DNA of 64,000 bases from Octopus vulgaris (GCA_951406725.2 OX597832.1:53134001-53198000); one strand, 5' to 3'. Positions 14,178 to 27,447 are shown, counted from the first letter of the stretch. The notes: a model not told the origin generated them from the sequence alone. Numbers and translations: made by a program.

Positions 14178-15272
14178 TTGTTTCAGTCATCTGACTGCGG
14201 CCATGCTAGAGCACCGCCTTTAATCGAGTAACTTGACCCTGGGACTTATTCTTTTGTAAGCCCAGTACTTATTCCATCGGTCTCTTTTGCCGAACCGCTA
14301 AGTAACGGAGACATAAACACACCAGCATCGGTTGTCAAGCAATGCTAGGGGGACAAACACAGACACACAAACACACACACGCATATATATACATACATAT
14401 ATACGACGAGCTTCTTTCAGTTTCCGTCTACCAAATCCACTCAAAAGGCTTTGGTCGGCCCGAGGCTATAGTAGAAGACAACTTGCCCAAGGTGCCACGC
14501 AGTGGGACTGAACCCAGAACCATGTGGTTGGTAAACAAGTTACTTACCACACAGCCACTCCTGTGCCTTGTGTTTATTCGATCAATTATGTTTTGGCACC
14601 ACTGACAGGACACAAAACCTGTTTGGCAATGAATGTTTTGGTAATAAGAACGTTTCTCACATGGTAAACTCATATTTATACAATGTCTGGTGTGTGTCTG
14701 ATATAAATGCAGTTTTTTTTTTTTCACATTTCATACTCACTGTTTTGTTTAATTTTATTTCTGGAACACTTTGATATTTGAATAAAAACCTAGCAAAAGC
14801 AACAGATTAGTATTTTAACAATGTTAAATTTTTTTTAAATACGTGTCCTGCCTATATTTTTAGCAATGTCTAAGGTGCTCTAAATAACTCTTATAATTCT
14901 CAAGGCTGTCTACATCCAACATGGTCTGGAAATCTTCCAGCTGTTATATGCATAATAAAAACCTGGTAGAGATATCTAAAATTCCTACAAAGATTATCCT
15001 AAAGATTTATGAATTTTCAATGGACCTACAGTAAATAAAGATGTCCATCATATCTTTAATTTTTTACTTGTTTCACTGATTAGACTCTGGCCATACAGGG
15101 GCACCACTTTGAAGAAATTTTTAGTCGAATGAATCAACCTCGGTACTTATTTTTTTTAAGCCCGGTATTTATTCAGTCTCTTTTGCTGAACCACTAAGTT
15201 ATGGAGACATAAACAACACCAGTTGTCAAGTGGTGGGGAGGACAAACACAGACACCAAGACACACACAGACA

Positions 15273-15317
<45 letters not shown>

Positions 15318-15500
15318 GCGCACACTTACATATGACAATTTTGTTTCAGTTTCCATCTACCAAATCAACACACAAGGCTTTGGTTGACTTGAGGCTATAG
15401 TAGAAGACACTTGCCCAAGGTGCCATGCAGTGGGACTGAACCCAGAACCATGTGGTTGGGAAGCAACCTTCTTACCACAAAGCTATGCTTGCACCTATAT

Positions 15501-15770
15501 TTAACCCTTTCGTTACTGTATTTATTTTGAGATGTTCTGTGTTTCTTTCAATTATTTTAGATATAACAAAGAATTTAGTAAAATAACTTCGTTATTACCC
15601 CTAACCCAAAACCTTAACCCTAAAACTTAAATTCTAACTCCAATCCTAAATGTTAGGAACATAAATTGTGACTAAGGCTTGGTGGAAGATTTTAATTCAA
15701 AATTTATAACAAGACATTTGTACTACAGAACCAGAGCCAGTTTCAGCTGGGTTGGTAACGAAAGGGTTAA
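15501..15770. mobile_element. piggyBac-like MITE carrying a telomere-like insert
   Basis: TTAACCCTTTCGTTAC...GTAACGAAAGGGTTAA. Confidence 0.8.
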
Positions 15771-17149
15771 GGATCAAAGGTAAAAATAAGTGAAAATTGT
15801 AAAATAGCATGGGTGGTATAATATTTTACAGTGCCATCCAACTCTCAACATATAAAGGATTTTTGGAGGAGGGTAGAGGGGTTGCACCTTCAAATTTCAA
15901 CAAAATTAAAAGTTTAAACAGGAATTTGACATTCTCCACAACAGCATGAAATAACTTTTGTCAAGCCAACTAATTGTATCTTTTATCGTTTACTTGTTTC
16001 AGTCATTAGACTGCAACCATGTTTGGGCACTGTCTTGAAGAATTTAAGTTCAGTAATTATTAATTTTATTATAATTATTATTATTATTATTTGTAAAAAC
16101 TGGTACTCTCTCAGTCTCTTTTGCTGAACTGCTAAGGGATGTAAACACACCAATACTGGTGGTGGGGAACAAGCACAGACAGAAAAATGTACACACACAC
16201 ACACACAGAGGACAAGTTTCTTTCAATTTCCATCTATCAAATCCTTAAATATTGGCTGAAGAAGCAGGTCGTTGTTGCTGGTTACATATTGCTTGCTCTC
16301 TTTACTCTTTACTCTTTTACTTGTTTCAGTCATTTGACTGTGGCCATGCTGGAGCACCGTCTTTAATCGAGCAACTTGACCCCGGGACTTATTCTTTTGT
16401 AAGCCTAGTACTTATTCTATCGGTCTCTTTTGCCGAACTGCTAGGTAACGGGGACATAAACACACCAGCATCGGTTGTCAAGCAATGCTAAGGGGACAAA
16501 CACAGACACAGAAACACACACACACATATATATATATATATACATATATACGATGGGATTCTTTCAGTTTCCATCTACCAAATCCACTCACAAGGCTTTG
16601 GTCAGCCCGAGGCTATAGTAAAAGACACTTGCTCAAGGTGCCACGCAGTGGGACTGAACCTGGAACCATGTGGTTGGTAAACAAGCTACTTACCACACAG
16701 CCACTCCTGCTGTGGAGTATTTCCAATGATATCACATCTACACAATACTGCACACTAAGGAATGCTCCAGCTGGCACCAACTCTACACAGTACAGTAAGG
16801 AATGCCCTGAAGGGTAACATCTCAGTGTGGTACTATATAATGAGGAGTGCTCCCGATGGTACCATCTCTCCACAGTACTGCACAAGGAGTGGTCATATGG
16901 TACCATCTCTACACTAGACCATATGACAACAGAGGATTGGAGCAATATGAAATTTAGCTATTTGCTCAAAAAGTATAATGTATCACCTGATCCAGGAATT
17001 GAAACCAACACCCTGACCACTACACCATGTGCCTCCACTTTTAATTGATATGAAGGGAAGAAATTCAAGAAACTGATACTTACACACCATGTAGTCATTA
17101 AACCTGTTAAAATTAATTGCCTATTCTCCATCAAATGAAACCCCAGACC

Positions 17150-17335
17150 ATAACCCCAGCTCCACACTCTAACCCTAACCCTAAATCCTAATCCTAACCT
17201 TAAACCCTAACCCCAAATGCTAATCCTGACCTTACCCCTAACCCTAGCTCCTAACCCAAAACCTTAACCCTAAAGCTTAAATCCTAACTCCAACCCTAAA
17301 TTGAAACCCTGACCCTAACCCTAAACCTTAACCTT
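17150..17335. repeat. Degenerate interstitial telomere-like (CCCTAA)n array
   Basis: Roughly 30 imperfect TAACCC units. Confidence 0.85.
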
Positions 17336-18199
17336 CCATCGAATCAAATCCCTTCTTAAAAAAAAGAGCAACACATTAGATAATCTAGTATTATATTGTG
17401 TGAAGGAAAAAACGTGGATGGTAATGACTGGGTGGCTTTTATCAGAGGTCTGTTTAATCAAGGGTGAACTTAGGCCAAAGAAAACAACAACAACAAAAAG
17501 AAACTAACAAAGCAGGTGTCAATGCAGGATGGCCCCTGTTTATAATTTAATGTGTTGTATTGCTTCTTGAGAGAACATTATTTTAACCCTTTAGTGTTTG
17601 CATTATTCTACCAAAATTAATGCTTCTTCATCCACATTGTTTTGAACTAATCATGGATTATCTTGTAGCTATGAGAATTTGATGAGGTAACTGTTAACTT
17701 TTAAAACGATATTGTAGGGCTGGTGTGAGAGACCAGATGTGGCCAGTTTGAACATAAAACAGGCAGAATACTTTTGGCCGGATATGGCCGGTTTAAAAGC
17801 TAATGAGTTAAGGATCATTTTCTCATGTTTATAAGTGGTTTTGGTTAGGAAGAGGGGATTCCCACAGGCCCCTTTGATGCTGGTGACACTGATATACAAC
17901 TTGAATGTGTGTTGGTTAATGCCTACTGGGAATTTCAGAGCGTTTATCTTAAGGGCAGGAAAGTTGAGTTTGGTGGTTAATTCAGGGCCTTCTAGATGAG
18001 AAATGAGATTGTGTGAAGATGATATGTAACTAGTTAGTTGAAGCCTTTACTATAAAAGTAGGAGAATCAGAGTGAGGATTCAGTGTGCCTGTGGGTTAGG
18101 CTTGGAGTTGCTAAGTCCTTGCTAATCAAACTGGTAGTTTTCCTTTACAAATGTTCTAAAAAGTTCTGTATGCGTTAACATCATCATCATCGTTTATGG

Positions 18200-18693
18200 A
18201 AAGGTGAAATAAATGAAAGTGAATCTTCTGATGTTGACTATGAATCTGATGATGACGGAGATTTACACTACAATGATGCTGACATGTTTACAGAGGAACA
18301 AATGGAACAGTTATTTGATGCTGAAAGTGACGTTGAATTTGAAGGATTTGAATAAATGTTTTTGCTTTTGTTTTTGTAACTGATAATGATAAATATGTAA
18401 AGGCAATTTACTTAATATTTATTTTTCATTGACATTATTTCTGTTATTTCTTTATTTTCTGCAAACAAAATGTACAAAAATGCTACACGTTTGCATTATG
18501 TTATATATACAATAATAATAAAGGACGTTACCTTATACATTTTTACAAACCAAGGACATTATATAGACCTCCTTGACTCAAGTAAGAGAAGGGGTGCGTA
18601 TTATACACAAGGTTTAGGTTTTTCAGAGGTACAGCCCCCTAAAAATCCCCTGTGTATTATACTCAAGGGTGGACTATACTCGAGGATTTACGG
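18200..18693 (+). mobile_element. Pogo/Tigger-like DNA transposon 3' end
   Basis: Acidic C-terminus ending EFEGFE*, subterminal TATTATAC repeats, terminus TTTACGG|TA. Confidence 0.65.
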
Positions 18694-18695
18694 TA

Positions 18696-19478
18696 CCTTG
18701 AGAGAAAAGTTGGACCTAAGAAGCATCAGATATAGTGTGCAACAGAGACAACTGTGCTGGTATGGTCAAGTGGCGAGAATGGATGAGGATAGCTGTGTGA
18801 AAAAGTGCCACACCCTAGAGGTTGAGGGAACCTATGGAAGAGGTAGACCCAGGAAGACCTGGGATAAAGTGGTGAAGCATGACCTTCGAACATTAGGCCT
18901 CACCGAGGCAATGATTAGTGACCGAGACTTTTGGAAATATGCTGTGCTTGAGAAGACCCGGCAAGCCAAGTGAGACCATAACCTCGTGCCCTATGCCAGG
19001 GGTGTAACCAGCCCACTTATGCATACCTTTCCTTCATTTGACAGACCTGCTTGCGAAGACCTGTTGAGGCAAGTGAAATCGAAATCAAATTCGATGACTG
19101 GCATCCATGCTAGTGGAGAGCTAAGAGCACCATTCGAGCATGATTGTTACCAGCATCATTACTGGCACTTGTGCTGGTGGCACATGAAAAACATTCGAGC
19201 AAGGTCATTAACAGTACCGCTGGACTGGCTCCTGTGCAGGTGGCAAGTAAAAAACACCATTTGAGTGTGGCTGTTGCCAGTACCGCCTGATTGGCCCTCG
19301 TGCCGGTGGCACATAAAAGCACCCACTACACTCTTAGAGTGGTCAGCATTAGGAAGGGAATCCAGCTGTAGAATCTCTGCCAGATTAAGGTTGGAGCCTG
19401 GTGCAGCCATCTGCTTTGCCATTCCTCAGTCAAATCGTCCAACCCATGCTAGCATGGAAAGCAGATGATGATGATGAT
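18696..19478 (+). mobile_element. RTE-clade LINE 3' fragment
   Basis: LCWYGQVARMDEDSCVKKC...GRGRPRKTW, a 3' UTR with GTGCCGGTGGCAC subrepeats, and a (GAT)n tail. Confidence 0.88.
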
Positions 19479-20264
19479 ACACACACACATAGAAAATCAA
19501 ATAGATCTTGGCAAATTAACTTAGAAGCACCTCTGTGTATCTTTGGTTAAACAGATTACTCCAAAGAAAATATATCAGGTGATTAATTTTGTTTACAGTG
19601 TGTGTGTGCATGTGCATATGTGTTGTCATAAAGTATATAGGCTATAAGTTTTATAATTTACAGTCTATGTCCTTTATAACTCAGTGTCTTGAGAATGGCC
19701 TTTCAATACTTTGTTCTCAGTGCCTTGAGGTTGACCATCAATATTTCATTCATCAGCTTTTGTGGGCACTAGTGTGTTAATGCAGATGAATGACCTGTGG
19801 GAGCCTTTCATTTTCACACCATACACATAAGGTCACTGTAAGAAAGTTTTGGGTGGGTGATGAGTTTGATAAGAAATTTAGGAGGTAGATATAACCAGTG
19901 TTGTTTACAGTTCTCATCGTCATCTTTGCTTAACGTCCACTTTCTATGGTGGGATGGGTTGCACAGTTTGACAGGGAGCTGTCCAGATTCCAACTCTCTG
20001 TTGTGGCATAGTTTCTATGGCTGGAGTGTGCTGGGTGTTTTATATGTTCCACTGGCATGGGTGCATTTTAAGTGGCACCGGCTCCTGAAGGGACAAGCCT
20101 GTATGAGTGGAAGACAGGGATTTTTCTTAGCTTGTTATGTTTTATCAAGTGCAGCAAATTACCACAGGTGGTCCCTTGTGATTTCCTCAGTGAAGAATTA
20201 TACTTTTTTAGGTTATAATACAGAAGTGGTTTTCTTGAGAACATTTCAAAAATGAGAGAACAAA

Positions 20265-20699
20265 TCAAAACAAATCAAAATCGATCAACATCAATGGAAT
20301 TTGTAGTTGTGATACCAGTGCCGGTGGCACGTAAGAGAACCGTCTGAACGTGGCTGTAGCCAGCGCTGCATCGCCTGGCCTCCGTGCCGGTGGCACGTAA
20401 CAAACACCATCCGATCGTGGCCGTTGCCAGCCTCGCCTGGACTCCGTGCCGGTGGTATGTAAAAAGCACCATCCGAGCGTGGCCGTTCGCCAGCCTCGTC
20501 TGGCACCTGTGTCGGTGCCATGTAAAAAGCACCCACTACACTCTCGGAGTGGTTGGCGTTAGGAAGGGCATCCAGCTGTAGAAACACTGCCAGATCTGAC
20601 TGCGCCTGGTGCAGCCTTCTGGCTTCCCAGACCTCAGTTGAACCGTCCAACCCATGTTAGCATGGAAATCGGACGTTAAACGATGATGATGATGATGAT
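20265..20699 (+). mobile_element. RTE LINE 3' UTR
   Basis: Same subrepeats and (GAT)n tail as 18696-19478. Confidence 0.8.
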
Positions 20700-21723
20700 T
20701 TATATTCTGATGACCATACTTCCATAGCAAATCTGTCAAAGAGCTGAAGAAATAATTCAAATTCTGTTGTGTCTGGGGAGAGTCATTTTCTTTTTGTGCC
20801 TTATAATGTAACACATTCACTGATAAAATTTCCACTTATTTCTTATTTTTATTTACCGAAAATTTTCGTTGCCTCTTGCAACCTTTTCAATAGTCTTGTG
20901 GAAATTTTACCGGTGACTGTGTTACATTATAAGGCACAAAAAGAAAATGACTCTCCCCAGACACAACAGAATATGCTTCAACACACGAACTCATATAAAG
21001 AATCTTGCAAACCAAATCCCAAAACGAAAAATAATTCAAAACAATGAAGAATTGTCTGGAGCACCCAGAACAAAAAGCTAATTCCTAAGAGAAAACACAA
21101 AATTCTATTGGAAAGTGGCCTTGATTATAGGTAGAAACTTAATATTATGAATTCAGTGCAAGCTTTGAGTACACAATTAGGAAGATTTCTGGCAGGCTGA
21201 CAGAGAGGCAGAACTTCAAATAAAGCAGGATATACCAGAGTCGTTATCAGTAAACGATGGTTTCTTTATTATTTATGTGATGTGACTAACGATAGAGAAG
21301 GTTTTACATAAAACATTAGTTTACTGCAGTTGGAAAGCAGTGTAAGAAGGCGAAGAAGCTGTTAACTCCATTGACAACAAACAGTTTATGTGTAGGTAGC
21401 TTGTATGATGTTGCATGGTAGTGAGACATCATGGCTAGTCAAAGATCAACAGCAGCTGGAGAGAGGAAGAGTCAGGAGGGAGAGAGGGAGAGAGAGAGAG
21501 AAATGAGGTGAGCATGAACTGTTGGAGATGTGCTATTAATTAGCACGATTGATGGAATATGAGTGAACTGAGACAAAAGTTGTATATTTCTGGCATTGGC
21601 CCATATATACATACAGCAGATATTATTGCACTAATGGGACATGTGAGGTGTACTTGACAACAAAAAGGTGTCAATGAAAGTAGCTTCATAATAAAAAAGC
21701 CATAGGAAATATGAATAAAAAGT

Positions 21724-21881
21724 AGGTGTAGGAGTGGCTGTGCGGTAAGTAGCTTGCTTACGAACCACATGGTTCTGGGTTTAATCCCACTGCGTGACAC
21801 CTTGGGCAAGTGTCTTCTACTGTAGCCTCAGGGCGACCAAAGCCTTGTGAGTGGAATTGGTAGACGGAAACTGAAAGAAGC

Positions 21882-21940
<59 letters not shown>

Positions 21941-22146
21941 ATATATATATGTTTGTCTCCCCAACATCACTTGACAACCAATGCTAGTGTGTTTATGTCC
22001 CCGCAACTTAGCAGTTCAGCAAAAGAGACCGATAGAATAAGTACTAGGCTTACAAAGAATAAGTCCTGGGGTCGATTTGCTCAACTAAAAAAGGCGGTGC
22101 TCCAGCATGGCCACAGCCAAATGACTGAAACAAGTAAAAGAGTAAA
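21724..22146 (+). mobile_element. SINE family A
   Basis: Full-length copy. Confidence 0.9.
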
Positions 22147-22594
22147 AACTGGCAAAGTAAAATCTTAGAATGTGTGGATTTACTGATGATTGTTTTTCTG
22201 ACCTTGCGACATACATTGAAGATGTTGAACAATTTTTTTAACTGAGTACGAAATGGGACAAGAAGATAACAAAAACAGTAGATTTAGTGCAATAGCAACT
22301 GTACTTTTTGCTTGGTGAGAAAAATTGGTCCTAAGACCCTTACAAAATGCTTTGTCAATTAAGAAATGCTGAACAGTTGTACAAACAGCAGTTAGTGTTG
22401 GTTCTAGAACGTCTTTACTTGCACAGAGCTTCATATCCTAATATTTTTATCAGTGGCATTTAATTTTAATGCCACAGAAGTCCCTCTAATGTTGTCAAAT
22501 TTTGCTTGCCTGAAGTTTCGGCCTGTTACATCCTTCATTAAGTTAATTCTAAATGCAAGATCTTATTGTTGTGCTTATTTCTCTTTTATTTTCT

Positions 22595-22818
22595 CTTCTA
22601 CTTGTTTCAGTCATTTGACTGCGGCCATGCTGGAGCACTGCCTTTAGTCAAGCAAATCGACCCCAGAACTTATTCTTTGGAAGTCTAGCACTTATTCTAT
22701 CATTCACTTTTGCTGAACCGCTAAGTTACGGAGACGTAAATACACCAGCATCGGTTGTCAAGCGATGTTGGGGTGACAAACACAGACACACAGACATATA
22801 CACATGCATACGTACATA

Positions 22819-22880
<62 letters not shown>

Positions 22881-23018
22881 CATATATATACATATATATG
22901 ATGGGCTTCTTCCAGTTTCCGTCTACTAAATCCACTTACAAGGCTTTGGTCGGCCCGAGGCTATAGTAGAAGACACTTGCCCAAGGTGCCACGCAGTGGG
23001 AATGTTGGTAAGCAAGCT
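22595..23018 (-). mobile_element. SINE family A
   Basis: Near full-length copy, inverted relative to 21724-22146. Confidence 0.9.
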
Positions 23019-24639
23019 GAAAATTCATAACACAAGAAATAATCAATGAAAACACCACAGAACCAAATAACTTCCTGTCATCATCATCACCATTGTTATG
23101 ATCATTATCATCATCATCATCATTAACATCTGCTTTCCATCATGGGTTGGATGGTTGGCATCATGTAAAATACAAAAATTAATATCCTAAACAATGCATC
23201 ACTGGTGATTATTCAACTTCTAACAACACTGATATTTGATTGGAACTTTTTTCAATGTCTGTCACTGAAGAGTTGAAGATACAATATCTCAACATGGCAA
23301 AGGCGGCAAGCTGGCAGAAACATTAGCACGTCAGGCGAAATGCTTAGCAGTATTTCGTCTGCCATTACGTTGTGAGTTCAAATTCCGCCGAGGTCGACTT
23401 TACCTTTCATCCTTTCGGGGTTGATAAATTAAGTACCAGTTACGCACTGGGGTCGATGTAATCGACTTAATACCTATGTCTGTCCTTGTTTGTCCCCTCT
23501 ATGTTTAGCCCCTTGTGGGTAATAAAGAAATAGATACAATATCTCAACATTCAAGGAAGTGAGCTAGCAGAATCATTAGGACACTGGACATAATACTTAG
23601 CAGCATTCCATCTGGAGCTCAAATTCTGCCAAAGACAACCTTACCTGTCATCCTTTCAGAGTTGATAAAATAAGTACCAGTTGGCGCCGATGTAATTGAC
23701 TTAACTCCTCCCCACAAATTGCTGGTTTTGCCAAAATTTGAAACCAGTATCTCAAAATTTATATTTTAGCATGATCAGTAAGAACATGCCTGTTATTAAC
23801 TACCACTGCTGATTAAAAACTGTCTTTACACCGATTTTCAAGTCTTAGGAGATGATGGTCTTACTTCTGGAAAGTTGATGGTCTATGCTCCACATGAAGT
23901 GAAGAGTTTAATTAAGTAAGCTTAACCATCATATCTTTTAACTCTTTAGCATTTAACCCGGCCATATGCAACCCAAATATTCTACCTGCTTCATAATAAT
24001 GAACTTATTGTATACAGTGCTCAAGTATGAAAGTTACCTTTTTGAGTCATGCCAACTCCTAAAGACTGGTTTCTGTGATGTATAAATTCCCCACCTGGAC
24101 GGGATGCTGGTTTTACAAACAAGAATGATCCTAAATTTAATGGTCTCATACATAAAATAGATTATGATAACAGAGACATCTTGACTCACATTTATTGTAC
24201 GAGGGGGTGCTGAAAAGATCCTGGCTTTAAAGGTATTGCAAAAGGCCTGGTTGGAGCTCCAACCTTCCGAGTTCTTTTACAGGGCTTAGAAAAACTGAAG
24301 GCTTCAAAGGTAGTAGAAGATGGAAAAGCTGTTAACTCCATTGATAATAAACAGTTTGTGTAGGTAGCTTGTATGATGTTGCATGGTAGTGAGACAACAT
24401 GGCTAGTGAAAGTTCAACAGCAGCTGGAGAGAGGAAGAGGAGGGAGAGAGAGAGAGAGAGAGAGAGAAAGGTTATCGTGAAAGGCCTGGTTGGAGTTCTT
24501 TTATAGGGCTTAGAAAAACTGAAGGGTTGCTGTGATAAGTGTGTGAATCTGAGAGGGAAATATGTTGAATAAAATCATAATTAACTGATCCTCCTGTATT
24601 TTCTTTTACCCAAATCTAGGAACTTTTCAGCATTCCCTA

Positions 24640-25057
24640 TCATCATCATCATCATCATTTAATGTCTGCTTTATGGGTTGGACGGTTCAACTGGGGTCTG
24701 GGAAGCCAGAAGGCTGCACCAGGCCCACTCTGATCTGGCAGTGTTTCTACAGCTGGATGCCCTTCCTAACGCCAACCACTCCGTGAGTGTAGTGGGTGCT
24801 TTTTACGTGCCACCAGCACAGGTGCCAGACGAGGCTGGCAAACAGCCACGATCAGATGGTGCTTTTTACGTGCCACTGGCACGGAGACCAGACGAAGCTG
24901 GCAACAGCCACGATCGGATGGTGCCTTTTTACGTGCCACCGGCACGGAGGCCAGTCAGGGCGGCGCTGGCTACGGCCACGTTCGGATGGTTTTCTTACGT
25001 GCCGCCGGCACTGCTAACACAGCTACAAAATCCATTGATGTTGATTGATTTTGATTG
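24640..25057 (-). mobile_element. RTE LINE 3' UTR
   Basis: Reverse complement of the 20265-20699 family. Confidence 0.8.
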
Positions 25058-26691
25058 TACATCATAATTCTGTTCAAACATCACAAATTTAGTGCTATTT
25101 CTTTCATGTAGAAAAGATCTCAATTTAACTCCTTCTTGGTAAAAAGCAATCCTTAGTTTCTTTGGTTATTGTATAAAAAATCTCAAAACAATACTTCTTC
25201 TGAGAGATTTTTCCCCCTTAATAGCATTGAAATTCCTAATTCTTAAAAAGAATTTGGATGGATCATAAGATTGTTTAGTTTATCACAGAAAATGGTTGGC
25301 ACATTTCTTAGAGATAAAGAAAGCCCTCGATGAAATGTTTCACTTTTCTCATTCCTCAAAAAGTCGTTCCAACTTTCAGAAATATTGATATAAAAAAATT
25401 TTTTGTTCTATTCCACCCACATTTTATAGATAACACAGATGTGTCAGACATTGCTCCAGTTGCAACATTATCACAAGAATTCCATGTAAAATGGGAAAAT
25501 GGTGCAGGTACGGCCATGTGGTTAAGAAATTTACTTCCCAAACACATGGTTCTGGGTTCAGTCTCACTGCATGGTACTTAGGATTAGTGTCTTCTAACTA
25601 TAGCCCCAGATCAACCAAAGCCATGTGAGTGAATTTGGTAGACAGAAACTTTAAAAAGCCCATCATATAAATCATATCTGTGTATGTGTTTATCACCTAC
25701 CACTGTTAGAAACCAGTGTTGGTTTGTTTATGTCCCTGTAAATTTACAGTTTGGCAAAAAAAAAAAAGAAAAAAAGGAGACTGATAGAATACCAGACTTA
25801 AAAAAGAAAATAAGTACAAGGATTTATTTGTTCAACTACACTCTTCGAGGTGGTGCCCCAGCATGGCCACATTTCAATGACTGAGACATGTAAAAAAGGA
25901 TAACAGATAATACCAATCATGATACTTAATGATTGAAAGAATTATATTCAATCTTTTTAAGATAACTTCATCCAGCCAGCCATTTTCTTTAACCCTTTAG
26001 CATATAAACCAATCATATCTAGCCCAAATATTTCACCTGTTTTATGTTCAAACCAACAAGATCTAGCCTCTTACACCTACCCTACAATGTTATTTTAGAA
26101 TTAAAATAATCACATCATTGAAATCTCAAAGCTAAGATATTAACATTTAACAGAGTAATCTCAATGCTAAAGGGTTAAAGGTGTCGTTCCAAGCTTGACC
26201 ATGCACCACAAGGTCAGGTCAATGTTGTTTTGTGGTGGCTTGAGTGTCTCAATGACCCAGATAGCTCTGGTCATGCAGTGCACAAGATCTTTGTAGGGCC
26301 CTTCATGTTGGACCAGTCTAACATGGGCCACCTTTTCATAGGGATAAAAATGGGTTTACAGGAGCATTGGTGGCAATTCAGAACCAACAAGACCAGGGAG
26401 ATGATGGTCTTTGGAAAGCCATAAGATCAACAACATCTCTTCTGCAGTTCAGAGTTGTGAAGAGTGGAGAAAAGTTAGTTGATGGTCTATGCTCCACATG
26501 AAGTGAAGAGTTTAAATAAGTAAGCTTAACCATCATATCTTTTAACTCTTTAGCATTTAACCCGGCCATATGCAACCTAAATATTCTACCTGCTTCATAA
26601 TAATGAACTTATTGTATACAGTGCTCAGGTGTAAAAGTTTTTGAGTCATGCCAACTCATAAAGGCTGGTTTCTGTGATGTATAAATTCCCT

Positions 26692-27447
26692 GGATCTTTT
26701 CCTTTTGAACAGCAGTTTTCAACACAATTTCTAGTTAACTAAACACTTTTAAACTTCGTATACTGGTAGAATGTGTCAAAATAAAACATTTTTTTCTCTT
26801 GGCTTTCTTGAGAAAATTGTAATTTGTAAGTTTAACGTAGTTTAATTTTTCGAATTTTAACCAATCGATGGCCACTATTTAGCTAAAATCATTTGCTGCG
26901 TCTAAAACTGAGACAACATCCTGTCACTGTTATGTTTACGTTCAGAAAGCGTGTGTATAAAATTATAGAATTATTTTGTTTGTTAATTGTTTAAATTATT
27001 TTCCATTGCTTTCGTTTTAGCCTTTCATTTTTTTTTCTTAAGCAATGGAAAATAGTTTAAACAATACACGTGTATCTCAAAACAAAAGCAAAACGAATAA
27101 TTTTAGACACACGCGTAACAATTAAATTAATTTAACAATTAAGAAAAAAGAACCGAAAGGCTAAAATTTAGGGTTAGGGTTAGGGTTAGTGTAAGGTTAG
27201 GGTTGGGGTCAGTGACAGGATGTTGTCTCAGTTTTAGACGCAGCAAATGATTTTAGCTAAATAGAGGCCATTGATTGGTTAAAATTCGAAAAATTAAACT
27301 ACGTTAAACTTACAAATTACAATTTTCTCAAGAAAGCCAAGAGAAAAAAATGTTTTATTTTGACACATTCTACCAGTATACGAAGTTTAAAAGTGTTTAG
27401 TTAACTAGAAATTGTGTTGAAAATTGCTGTTCAAAAGGAAAAGATCC
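26692..27447. mobile_element. Long-TIR MITE (GG...CC ends, 8-bp TSD, Merlin-like)
   Basis: About 237-bp near-perfect TIRs beginning GGATCTTTTCCTTTTGAAC. TSD AATTCCCT/AATTCCCC. Internal (TTAGGG)n. Confidence 0.9.

Noticed and set aside
17150-17335. True telomere or chromosome-fusion site
   Set aside because: Short, degenerate, single orientation and intronic. Similar tracts occur inside MITEs in this window.
20310-20530. CRISPR-like spaced GTGCCGGTGGCACGTAA repeats
   Set aside because: Subrepeats of the RTE LINE 3' UTR. The spacers resemble each other, the context is eukaryotic, and there are no cas genes.
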